Source: Octopus bimaculoides (taxonomy: Eukaryota). Taken from it: a stretch of DNA of 34,191 nucleotides. Below are positions 1 to 11,477 of the stretch, piece by piece. A model generated the notes under the pieces. It made no database searches and had not been told where the DNA came from. It saw only the letters and a program-made list of their open reading frames with translations. Positions within the stretch are counted from its first letter, which is position 1, and each line of letters begins with the position of its first letter. The DNA lies in contig NC_068983.1 in NCBI RefSeq assembly GCF_001194135.2, forward strand, positions 120,065,295 through 120,099,485, in the 5' to 3' direction. The position numbers and the translations under genes were made by a program.

Positions 1-75
<75 letters not shown>

Positions 76-477
76 ATAAATGTATGGTAATAAAGGTAAT
101 GGTAATGTTTATATAGGTAAATGATGCTTGTGTGTACTAGTAAGAGATCAAGTGTTTAACAATATAAAGGTGATAAATGCTCTGTTGATCTAAAGAGAGA
201 GAGAGAGAGTGTTATTAAATGAAATGGCAATTAGAAGGGGAAAGTTAAAGAATTAATGGAGTTAGAAAATTACTTGTTTGAACTAAGTTAATATTTGTAC
301 CAAAATTTACTTCGATATCCTTGCTCGATAGGTGTTGATGCAAGGATATACTTATGAATAAAACAAAGTAGAGGGTTCTATTTTGTGTAGAGCAGTATGT
401 AATATGTAATAAAGTTGGGAAAAAAATATATTTATATATTTTTTTGAAGGGAAATGGATGGAAGAAGGAGCAATGCT

Positions 478-650
478 GTGCGTGCAACATCGTCATTCCT
501 CCCTGTGCCTGTGAAATTTTGTATCCCAGGTGTAAGGCCTTATTTCCACATACGCCAGCTTAATTTCATCCGTCCTTAGTCAAAAGACATCTGTTGTTAT
601 ATCCCATTATTATTCCTACTGTATTTGTGTAACATTGTTCGTTTTTCCAT
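478..650. repeat. Diverged copy of the 1790-1950 repeat in opposite orientation (probable PLE terminal repeat)
   Basis: The reverse complement of 1790-1950 aligns by eye (CGTGCAACATC...TTCCACATAC(G/A)CCAGCTTAATTT...AAAGACATCT...TATTTGTGTAACATT). Confidence 0.75.
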
Positions 651-800
651 CCTCACTCAACAACATAGAAGTTAAAATCTTGTCCACACATAGAACAGAC
701 GCAACGCTTAGACAAATTGCAGAAGCTACACACATAATAGAAGATAAACCTAGCCTGAATAGGAAACTGGAATGGAACACTAGCACACACACCCAATACA
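650..800 (+). mobile_element. Penelope-like element, GIY-YIG endonuclease C-terminal fragment
   Basis: IEVKILSTHRTDATLRQIAEATHIIEDKPSLNRK fits the KIL...R...E...I...PSLN tail of PLE GIY-YIG domains. Confidence 0.65.
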
Positions 801-1035
801 CCACAACATATGACAGAATAAAATCTCCATAAACTGATAACAATATGAACAAAATACAATACAGAAATAAACAAATGGAATTAAATAACTATATATGTTA
901 ACAAAATTAAATTAAATTAAATACAACAAAAAAAAAAGTATATAAAATAATAACAAGTTAATAAATAAAGACAAATTAAATGAACATGTATAAACAGGGG
1001 ATACAGATAATACAGGCAGTTGTATGGACGAGGCA

Positions 1036-1525
1036 TGTGTAGAGTGTTAGGTGTGATGTACAGAATTAAATATTGAAAAAAAAAAGTCGTCACATATATC
1101 CTTGGATGTACAAGATGCCAGAATGAATGGAACACTATCAGACTCACAGCTGAGAAACACCAATGATACAGAAGAACTTCTCACAGAAATATCTAATAAG
1201 TTAAATTTACTTATTTCAAGACTGGATGCAATCTTCACAAATACAGATAGAACTGTAAATGATACCCATATGGAAGGTGCTCCAACAACAGAGACAAACA
1301 ACAAGGAGGAAGTAAGAACAAACTCACTTGAAGCCACATCTCTAGAAGTACATGAGCATAATACCTTAAAACCATATCTGTGGAGGAAACTCCTGAATCA
1401 AAGGAAACATGCATACTGGAGATGGAAATGAAAGTATAAAATAAATGAAAGAAGTTTTTTCCAAAATTCTGACGACTTTTTTTTTCAATATTTAATTCTG
1501 TACATCACACCTAACACTCTACACA
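1036..1525. repeat. 57/56-bp near-perfect inverted repeat (1036-1092 / 1470-1525) enclosing a 109-codon open frame
   Basis: Arms identical except for one A/T-run indel. The right arm abuts (CA)n and a 10-N gap. Confidence 0.9.
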
Positions 1526-1548
1526 CACACACACATATNNNNNNNNNN

Positions 1549-2050
1549 AAACATCCGGACAGTTAGGTGATACAAAAAAGGGACAACAAGACATCCACAT
1601 AGACGGTACAGAGAAAACAAGGATAGGTCATTTGGAGTTTTCTATCCTCAGTTGAGTTCCAGATTATCTTTGCAATTTCGGCTGGTTATACTCAAGATTG
1701 CTCCAATCTGGCCAGCCCCAAGGAAAAACTAAGCTAAGAGCATTAGATTCCTTGGAAGAAAGCAGCGAATGTATATGAAAACAAGGACAGAAAAAGAATG
1801 GAGAATGTTACACAAATACAAATGCAAATAACAATAGATGTCTTTCAACAAAGGACGAATTAAATTAAGCTGGTGTATGTGGAAGTAAAGTCTTATGGTA
1901 GGGACATAAGGTTAGACATGGATAGGGAGGAATATAGATGTTGCACGGGATGGTAGTCAAACAAAGAAAAGTCAGGCTTGGCTGAACACCGGTCACATGG
2001 GGATAGAAGAGAGAGAGGTAGAGGGATAGAAGGATTAAGGAGGGGCAAGA
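1549..2050 (-). mobile_element. Interspersed repeat, probable Penelope-type terminal-repeat region
   Basis: Shares sequence with 478-650. Contains a GGCTGG...CCAGCC-GAAA stem reminiscent of decayed PLE hammerhead modules. Confidence 0.5.
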
Positions 2051-2065
2051 TATATATATATATAT

Positions 2066-2777
2066 ATAGGAAAATGAAAAATAATAATAAGGCAGAATGC
2101 TGAACTTGAAGCATATTTTAATAATGATTTCTAACCAGCTTTCATTGCATAGCAAATTTTCAAGAAGAGGGAGAATGAAAATGTTTTTTTTACAAAGAAG
2201 TACAAAATGAAGAAAATAATATATAAAAAAATAAATATACCAATACATTATATTGTCTTTGAGCTTTTAAAGTTCAATGGTAATTCATGTATATAATGGT
2301 TGGAAAAATAAGGATGCATGAGAATTGAGAGCTGTGTTAGGTTTGAGAAAAGGGGCTAAAAGTTTGTGTTATGCAGGAAGTGTGGTGTCAAAACACTAAT
2401 AAGATTTGTCTCCCCTTACACACACTTCCTGTTTTGACACCACACTTCCTTAACACAAACTTTTAGCCCCTTTTCTCTTTTTTTAAACCTAACACAACTC
2501 TCAATTCTCATGCATCCTTATTTTTCCAACCATTATATACATGAATTACCATTGAACTTTAAAAGCTCAAAGACAATATAATGTATTGGGATATTTATTT
2601 TTTTATATATTATTTTTTTTATATATTATTTTCTTCATTTTGTACTTCTTTGTAAAAAACATTTTCATTCTCCCTCTTCTTGAAAATTTGCTATGCAATG
2701 AAAGCTGGTTAGAAATCTTTATTAAAATATGCTTCAAGTTTAGCATTCTGCCTTATTATTATTTTTCATTTTCCTAT
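2066..2777. repeat. Fold-back inverted repeat, arms ~2066-2395 and 2430-2777, 34-bp spacer
   Basis: Direct reverse-complement match. ORFs 1865..2248(-) and 2586..2798(+) encode nearly the same peptide (KNIFILPLLENLLCNESWLEI). Confidence 0.95.
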
Positions 2778-3499
2778 TATTTCTCCACGTGCAGTTAACA
2801 CAACCTCACTATTTACTGACTTATCTATATATATGTGTGTATGTATGTATGTATGTATGTATGTATGCATGCATGTATTGTATAAGGTTTGGCAGAACAA
2901 ATGATTAATAGAATTCAATGCATTAGCAAAGTTACGTTATGAAAGTAATTCAAGGGCAAAGGATTCAAGAAGTACCATGCATGAAGCACTTGGCTCTTGA
3001 ATCATTTTTGTAACTTTCTAATAAAAAGAATATTACATATACATACCCGAACACACACACACGTATGCATGTGTGGGTGTATTAATTAATACAGATATTT
3101 TAATTATTACCAGATATATATATATATATTTTAATTATTGATTAATACATATTAATTATTATGAATTATTTTTTAATAAATTCACTGGCTATTTGTGACA
3201 ACAGTGATTAGGCATTTAGATTCTATGTATATTGCTAATGGAGGAATTGCTATTATCTCTAGCTTTCAGGCGTCTACCATTGACAAGGCCAAAGAAGGCT
3301 GAAATCATGTGATCAGGTAGTCCTGGTAGCAATCACAGATGATTATTTCCTGCTAGCAATATAAATACGAGTGCTTATATGCACCACAAGTCAATGAGAG
3401 GTTTGTCTCATGATTACTACATGATTACTGTGTTAAATAACTTCTGCTGTTAAGTGGGGATGTTACTTTTTGGTATTAATACAGCTTTTGTTGCTATTA

Positions 3500-3576
3500 A
3501 TGATACATCATTTAATATACACAATTACAAAAGAGCTACTAATAGTTTCATGCTCTCAGATACATTGAATTGGCAA

Positions 3577-3632
<56 letters not shown>

Positions 3633-4545
3633 ATATGTATGTATATATGTATGTCTGTATGCCATGTATCTCCAGCAAACTTTCAGCCTCAGTTCATAAT
3701 GTTAGATGAATTTAAAAACCAGGATGCTGGACTATGAGAAGAAAAAAACACAAAGAAGGTCGATACAAAAAGTGGAACATAAAGAATCTTGCATCTGCTA
3801 AAAATTTCCGATCTGGAATTAAGCAGTGTGGTGGAGTTCTTCAACCTAAAAACAAAGTGTGGTATTTCAGTGATGCATAATTTGTATCTCTTTGATTCAT
3901 TCATATATGGTGTAGATTTCTCCACAATGCTTGACTTAATTGTATGTGGTGTGCATTTGACCTTCACATTCCATACTTAGTGGCCTTATTTTTATCATTA
4001 TGCCAGAAAGAAGACTGATGGTTTGCATAACAACTTTTAAAATTGTCTTTGCATAAGCTGATGTAATTTTTCTCCTCAATTAGGTTGTCCTGGCCTTATC
4101 ACTGTGTCGGAAAGAAGACTGGTGATCTGCATAATGACTTTTAAAATTGCAAACACTTGGACAAGTTTCTGATGTTGAACTGGAGGACACCACCTGCTCT
4201 TCATTGAATAGCTATCTTACAGACTTTGGCGTCCTTTTTGTTATATTATTCTGCACCAGCTACATTAATTATGATTTCTACAGTCAAAATAGATGAAGGT
4301 GCTGGTTTTCTTTCTTTTTGTTCAGCTTCTTGCACCAGCCTTCTTCATGCTTTTTTCTTGTTTTTTTCTCATGTTTTCTTACAGACCAGCATCTTGGTTT
4401 TTAAATACATCTAATTTTATGAACTGAGCTTGAAAGATTGCTTGGAGATATATGGCATGTTATATTGATCTGTCAATTTAATGTATCTTAAATCATGAAA
4501 CTATTAGTAGCACGTTTGTAATTGTGCACATGAAATGATATTTCT
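3500..4545. repeat. Old inverted repeat (arms ~3500-3770, interrupted by a TA/TATG microsatellite, and ~4340-4545) with an internal ~65-bp direct duplication (~3983-4047 / 4091-4150)
   Basis: GCCATGTATCTCCAGCAAACTTTCAGCCTCAGTTCATAATGTTAGATGAATTTAAAAACCAGGATGCTGG pairs with 4385-4458. CATGAAACTATTAGTAGC occurs in both orientations. Confidence 0.8.
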
Positions 4546-4698
4546 CTCTCACTGGATGGAGTACTTTTTTTGTTTATCCTACCTATATTGGAACTGAAAA
4601 CACACACACACATGTGGATATGAGGTACAAGAAAAATAATATTGATGGATAACTAATGTTTTCTCTCTTACGGTATAAAATTTATTCTATTGTTTGAA

Positions 4699-4795
4699 CT
4701 TTTTGCATTTGTATTATTTGCCAAAACAGAATAATATCATTACTTTATGGAAAGTAATGATATTCTGTTTTGGTAAATAATACAGATGCAAAAAG
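4699..4795. repeat. 97-bp near-perfect hairpin (4-nt loop ATGG)
   Basis: Arms 4699-4746 and 4751-4795. Two transition mismatches and one 3-nt bulge. Confidence 0.95.
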
Positions 4796-4982
4796 ACTTT
4801 TCTGTTTTACTTTATGATAAACACGTTGAGCCATATAAAAGGAACAGTGCAAATAAAGGGGACAGGCTTGAAGGGAGTGGAAAAATATATTGTAGATCCA
4901 TCCAATAATGCCCATATATAAAAACAAAAATTTAAATGGTGTGAATGAAAAATATACTTCTGATTAGTAACTGCTTAATGAA

Positions 4983-6583
4983 TAATGTACAGCTTTTAAT
5001 CGATTGCTTTAAAGCCAAATTCCAGTTCAGTTTTCACAAACTTCATTCCCTAATTTTCAACCCATCTTTGATAGTATCTTCATTGTCAAGGTTATACAAC
5101 ACCAAATATGTTTATATCAGCTTATATATCACTGCCATAGCTTACATCATAAAAAGCTGGCTTGTCACTGGACTATAAAGTACTTAGACAAGCAATTCAG
5201 AATTTGAACCAGTGATTTAAATTTAGTTTTATATTCCTGTTTATTTTTCCTTGTACATACTTTAAGTACACAGGTGAAGGTAATGCTGATAAATCAGAAA
5301 GCGGTAAAGGTTTTTTCATACTGAACTACTTGGCAAAATTGTTAATTATTAATTTTATTACTAATTGACGATTCCCTGCCCTATATCTGTATATATATAT
5401 ANNNNNNNNNNNNNNNNNNNNNNNNNNNNNNNNNNNNNNNNNNNNNNNNNNNNNNNNNNNNNNNNNNNNNNNNNNNNNNNNNNNNNNNNNNNNNNNNNNN
5501 NNNNNNNNNNNNNNNNNNNNNNNNNNNNNNNNNNNNNNNNNNNNNNNNNNNNNNNNNNNNNNNNNNNNNNNNNNNNNNNNNNNNNNNNNNNNNNNNNNNN
5601 NNNNNNNNNNNNNNNNNNNNNNNNNNNNNNNNNNNTATATATATATAAAGATTAAGCTCATTAAAAGGAAATGTTCTATATTTTAGAATGTAAAGCTTTT
5701 AATTATATACTGTGCACATACATGGGTCAGAGAAGTATATTACAACAAGAATGTAATTATATATTTTTAGATTTTTTTCAAACAACCTGCAGATGCAAGT
5801 GGTACCAGTTGAAAGCTCCACATGCCTAGCAAGGTTATGGGATCAGCAGGAGAGAATGTGCACTGTTTCAGGACCTACCTCTCAATGGTATCATTGAACA
5901 CTGACCCCACCCCTCTGGACATGGTAATGTTGAGTAATTAGAAACTGATGTTATTGTTAAAGTTATCAGCAATGTTCAGATGGTACTGTCTGTTCCATAG
6001 GTTGGCTGTACTGTTAGCAGTCTTACATCAAGTATTAAACAGTATTCACAAATGACATCTGTGACAGATATGTCAGTGTCTCTAGTCTTTTGTCGAGTTG
6101 AAGTCATTTCATTTCTCTCATAATGAGAAGACAGCTGAGTCCTGAGTCAATAAATCACCAAATAATAGTGAGGTTAATAGTTTGTAACTTGTTATCAAAT
6201 ACTGTCATGCAAATATAGTTTGACCTTAAAAACTTTTTGCTTATAATTTAAACAATAATAACCGCTTTCTGATTTATCAGCATTACCTTCATCTGTGTAC
6301 TTAAAGTATGTACAAGGAAAAATAAACAGGAATATAAAACTAAATTTAAATCACTGGTTCAAATTCTGAATTGCTTGTCTAAGTACTTTATAGTCCAGTG
6401 ACAAGCCAACTTTTTATGATGTAAGCTATGGCAGTGATATATAAGCTGATATAAACATATTTGGTGTTGTATAACCTTGACAATGAAGATACTATCAAAG
6501 ATGGGTTGAAAATTAGGGAATGAAGTTTGTGAAAACTGAACTGGAATTTGGCTTTAAAGCAATCAATTAAAAGCTGTACATTA
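4983..6583. repeat. 323-bp inverted repeat (4983-5305 / 6261-6583), 3 mismatches, loop contains a 234-N gap
   Basis: Base-by-base reverse-complement comparison. Confidence 0.95.
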
Positions 6584-7542
6584 AATAAATAAATAAAATA
6601 AGGAACAAAATTAAATTAAATTCATCTGAATTCTAAACAAAAAGTGGTTTGTCATCAATCAACCTTAGCTATGAACTACCTATTCAAGTAAAAGTGTCTT
6701 TTTATTCTAACCTGGTGAACTAGACGGCAGTGGATTTATTAAAAAAACATCAGAGCATAAAATGGCCTGTTGTTTTTCATTATGTGCTTTTATATTTGTC
6801 ATTGTTCAAAGCTCAATAAAATAACTACCAGTAATAGAATGCAAACAACTCAGTTGACCATACTCCTCTCTTACGAATGTCTTCTTCTTATGTTAGAAAT
6901 CTATGCTGTCTTGTAAAACAGACTTATTAAATATTTTTGAGTAAAGACGGTTGAACTGTGTTTTGAAACTTTACACCACATGCAAAACATTGAATATCTT
7001 TCACAATTATTATTACTGACTCTCACAGCAATAACACTACATTGATTTGTCCCAATACATATTGGTATAAAATGCAAGGGACAAACTGTTGTTCATATGA
7101 ATCACAAGGTTGTTGTTTGGTGCAATGATAAAGATATTAACTGATTACATTGCTGACCTTAGTTTATTTACATTGCTCTATACAACCAACAGGATGATGA
7201 TGACGAGGATACTTTTATAAGCATTAATTTTAAGACGATACCATTACTGACACAACACTACCATCACTTGTACAATGATCATGATTACACCAACACCACC
7301 AAAACCATCAACATCACTAGTAATAGAAGAAGTGTAGTAAATGATCTGGTAGAAATAAGAGAAAATGTCTACAGCATTTAGTTTCATCCCAATGTACTAT
7401 GAGTTCATATCCTACCAAAATTTACTTTGTCACATCCTGAAGTTGTATTGCATCGAAGTTGTATTGTCTTATACTGAAGTTGTATTATATGTTTGAAGAA
7501 CTTGTAGCAGAAAACAAAAGTTAACATTGCCTTTCATCTTTG

Positions 7543-7833
7543 AATCTTTTAGCATTGTAATATGTTCATACCTATTTTCATGCTCATTCACATTCCATTA
7601 GTACAGGTTGTAGCTAGTGTTCAATACAAACTCTGACCCAAATATTTTACCTGTCTTTTGTTGAAGCTGACCAAATCCAATCTCTCACACTCACCCCACA
7701 ATGTTAATCTAAGAATAAACAACCACATCCTCAAAATCTCGAAGTTTACCAGCTAATAGATGATTAATTTTAAAAAAAATGTGAATAGGCAAAAATTATA
7801 TTTGACAGAGTAAACTGAATGCGAAAGGGTTAA
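7543..7833 (-). mobile_element. TTAA-CCCTTT-ended MITE (piggyBac-like termini), degenerate
   Basis: Ends ...CTGAATGCGAAAGGGTTAA and is homologous to 10378-10604. Confidence 0.7.
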
Positions 7834-7950
7834 GGAGTTGATAAAGTAAAGTACCAGTCAAGTACTAGGAGTTGATGTAATCTACTAAATCCCACCTGCT
7901 AAAATTAAGTGTGCTTAAATAAGAAATAATTGTTATTATTACCATTATTA

Positions 7951-8165
7951 AAGGAAAGCAGAGAGCTGACAGAATTGTTAGCATGCCAAGCAAAATGCTT
8001 AGAGGCATTTTGTCTATCTCTACATTCTGAATTCAAATTCTGTCAAGGTCAACTTAGCTTTTCATCCCTTCAGGGTTGATAAAATAAGTACCAGCTGAAT
8101 ACAGGGGTCTATGTAATCAAGTTACCTTTCCCCACAAATTGCTGATTTTGTGCCAAAATTTGAAA
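7951..8165 (+). mobile_element. High-copy SINE-like family A
   Basis: GAGCTGACAGAATTGTTAGC...AAATGCTTAG...TTCTGAATTCAAATTC...TTTCATCC...AAAATAAGTACCAG. Several homologous copies in this window. Confidence 0.85.
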
Positions 8166-8214
8166 TCATCATCATCATCATCTTATAATAATTCTGCTTA
8201 TCATTGTTATTTAG

Positions 8215-8542
8215 CCTGTCAATAACACTTTCACATGATTAGAGAAAAAGTGAAAGAAAGAAAAGAGAGATAGAGAACCGTCCATGATGTAAGGTAGAGG
8301 GAATGTAATTGTAACGCTTTCACATGATTCGTTGAAGAAAGGCAAAGAGTGAGGCAGAGAGAGAGAGAGAGAGAGAAAGAGGGAAAGAGAAAGATGGACA
8401 GAGAAGCATCCATAATATGTGGTAGGGGGAATGTAATATTTATTACATGGTTAAAAAAGTTAGTTGAAAGTAGTGATATAGAGGAGAGTTAGGAATATAA
8501 TTTTAGCAGAGGGGTGATGTTCTGATGGTGAGATTAAAGAAA

Positions 8543-8618
<76 letters not shown>

Positions 8619-9473
8619 TGATGATGATGGCAGTGGTGGTGGAGGTGGCAATGGTGAGTGCATAGTGAAAAGTAATTTTTTTTAAAAACTGAACTAAGTT
8701 TTTTATATCACCTATCACTTAATACATGTGCATCCCAGTTTCCTGTTTGCCTGTCATATGCAATGACTATCAATAAATCACAAAGGAAGACATTTGATAA
8801 AGTGGGGATGTTCTTGCCTGAACGTGTATTTGGCCATGGTCAGCTATATGTTGCATTCTCAAAGGCTCACAAATTATCTGATGTGAGGGTTAAAGTTACC
8901 ATCACTGACAAACAAGGGAAAAGAAGAGAGAGAACTTACATGAAGAACATAGTCTGCAAAGAAGTATTGGATTGAAAGATGTATGCAAATTGAAATATGT
9001 CTTGGCTCTGATCCATCGCCTTGGCTTATAAGTTATCAATGCTGTGGTTTTCAGAGTATGCCACGTGCATTAAACTTTTACCCTCGTGACCCTTATATTT
9101 TACATATAAAATTATTTTTCTTACAATAAAATTTTTGTTATCTAGATATAAAATTGTGACTAAGTAAATTTTAAAATGTAATTTTTTCTGTTTATGGTGG
9201 GGGGAGGAAGGAAAAATAAGAGTGAATATTTATTTAATGAGTGCTGTGTATAAAGTTTATAAACTTGTACATAAAGTATATATATATGGATATATAAAGT
9301 GCATTAAGTAATCATCGTATTCCAATTTCCTTCACTTTTCAATGAATAGCAGATGAGCAACTATCTTTCGATACACCACACAAGCTACACTTTTAAGCTT
9401 TTTGGGTAAAGTTTTCAGGAATAACCCAATAAGTTCACTATTAATTCCGTGAAATATTCACAGGTCCCACTAA
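8215..9473 (+). mobile_element. Helitron deletion derivative 1 (retains the PIF1-type helicase C-terminus, 8736-8975)
   Basis: QFPVCLSYAMTINKSQRKTFDKVGMFLPERVFGHGQLYVAFSK is the RepHel helicase end. 3' hairpin CCGTGAAATATTCACAGG (9447-9464) then CTAA|T, a decayed CTAG|T. 5' region shared with 18385-19245. 5' boundary approximate. Confidence 0.85.
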
Positions 9474-9517
9474 TTGTTATCATTATTGTCATTATCATTG
9501 TTATTATTATTGTTATT

Positions 9518-10370
9518 AAGGTAGTGAGCTGGAAAAATTGTTAGCAAACTGGACAAAATGCTTAAAGGTATTTCATCCATCTTTTTGTTCTGAGTTCAAT
9601 TTCCACCAAGCTCAACTTTACGTTTCATCTTTTTGGGGTTAATAAAATAAGTATCAATCAAGTACTGGGATCAATGTAATTGACTATACCCCTCACACCA
9701 AAATTCCAAGCCTTAAGCTTATAGTAGAAATCATCATTATTATTATTATTATTATTACTAAGGCAGCAAGCTGGCAAAATCATTAGCACACCAGGCGAAA
9801 TGCTTAGCGGTATTTCGCCCATTGCTACATTCTGAGTTCAAATACTACCAAAGTCAACTTTGCTTTTCATCCTTTCAGGGTCAATAAAATAAGTACCAGT
9901 TGAACACTGGAGTCGATGTAATTGACTCATCTCCCACCCCTAAGCTACCCTTGTGGCAAAAATTTGAAATAATAATTGTTATTATTGGTGTTAAAGCAGA
10001 GAGCTGGCAGAATCGTTAGCATGCCAGACAAAATGCTTGGTGGCATTTCATCTGTCTCTACGTTCTGAGTTTGAATCCCATCAAGGTTGACTTTGCTTTT
10101 CATCCTTTCCAGATTGTTGAAATAAGTACCAGTGGAACACTGAGGTCAATGTAATCGACTAGTCTCCTTTCCCCAAATTTTAGGCCTTGTGCCTATAGTA
10201 GAAAGGATTATTATTAGTGTAGTGGATTAGCAGAATCATTTGAGAATCAGAAAAAATGTTTTGCTGTAATTTTTCTAGTTCTTTATATTCTGAGTTCGAA
10301 TCCCATCAAGGTTGACTTTGCCTTTCATCCTGGGGCCAACAGTATCAGTCAACTCCTTTCCTTCAAAACT
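9518..10370 (+). mobile_element. Head-to-tail run of SINE family A copies (~9518-9731, 9760-9968, 9993-10207, partial 10218-10370) separated by (ATT)n
   Basis: Each copy repeats the GAGCTGGCAGAATC-GTTAGC...TTCTGAGTTC...TTTCATCC...AAGTACCAG motifs. Confidence 0.88.
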
Positions 10371-10377
10371 GTTGGTC

Positions 10378-10604
10378 TTGTACATTATATTTAAACTGGC
10401 CATATCTGGCCCAAATATTGTACTTGTTTTATGTTCAAACTGGCCCATGTTCAGCTTTGCACACCTACCATACAATGTCATTGTAAAAATAAACAATCAC
10501 ATCATTGACATCTGGAAGCTACAACACAATGCATGATTCATTTAAAACAATGTGAATAAATAAACATTATATATGACAGAGTAATCTGAATGCTAAAGGG
10601 TTAA
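10378..10604 (-). mobile_element. TTAA-CCCTTTAGCATT-ended MITE
   Basis: Terminus GTAATCTGAATGCTAAAGGGTTAA. Homologous to 7543-7833. Confidence 0.75.
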
Positions 10605-11053
10605 ATCAGAATCATCATTATTATAAGTAGCAAGCCAGTTTTCATGTTCTCCAATGATAATTCTATAATAATTGTACCAATTAATAATTATACCATATAC
10701 TATACTATAATAATTGTACCAATTATAATTAATACTTCAGTCACTTGTACCCACACTAGTATTCACTTTGCAGGCTATTTTTTGAATAGCTATCTACCCT
10801 TGTAATATAGTGGCCAGTTCATACCTTTTTTCATACCCATTCACATTCCATTAGTACATGTTGTAGCTAGAGTTCAATACAAAATCTGCAGTCACCAACC
10901 AAAGCAGCTCCACCAGCCCAAGCATTGGGGATGAGGGGTGAGGTGGGAAGCAAATTGAAAGCAATAAAAATAAAGGTGTCTGGCAAATGTTGACATGCAT
11001 GACCAAACTATTGGGGATGGCAAGTTCTGTATATAGAGGACAGCACCTTGTTA

Positions 11054-11477
11054 TAGGTGTGGCTCTGTGATAAGTGATAAGAAGCTTGCTTCCCAACCAT
11101 AAGGTTCCCAATGCATGGCACCTTGGGAAAGTGTCTTCTACTACGGCCTCAAGCCAACCAAAGCCATGTGAGAGGATTTGGTAGATGGAAACTGTAAGAC
11201 ACTGTAAGAAACTGTAAGACACATTGTGTATATTATATGTGTGCGTGTGTCTTTTAATCTCTGTCTGTTCTCCACCACCACTTGACAACCCATGCTGGTG
11301 TGTTTACATCCCTGTAACTTAATTGGTTCAGCAAAAGAGACCAACAGAAAAAGTATTAGGCTTTAAAAAATAAGTACTAGAGTTAATTCATTCAACTAAA
11401 AGTAAAAAAAAAAATCTCCAAGACAGTGCCCCAGCATGACCACAGTCCAATGACTGACACAAGTAAAGGATAAAAGA
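11054..11477 (+). mobile_element. SINE-like family C
   Basis: AAGAAGCTTGCTTCCCAACC...GGCACCTTGGGAAAGTGTCTTCTACT...GGATTTGGTAGATGGAAACTG...GCAAAAGAGACC. Reverse copies at 32760-33880. Confidence 0.85.

Noticed and set aside
1660-1730. Possible active hammerhead (minus strand GGCTGG...CCAGCC-GAAA-TTGCAA)
   Set aside because: The CUGANGA box reads CTTGGG and no NUH follows helix III. At most a fossil.
8763-8975. ORF resembling a host PIF1 helicase gene
   Set aside because: Only the last ~80 codons, with degenerate motifs (SQRKT, FSK). It is fused to Helitron 5' sequence and followed by a Helitron-type 3' end.
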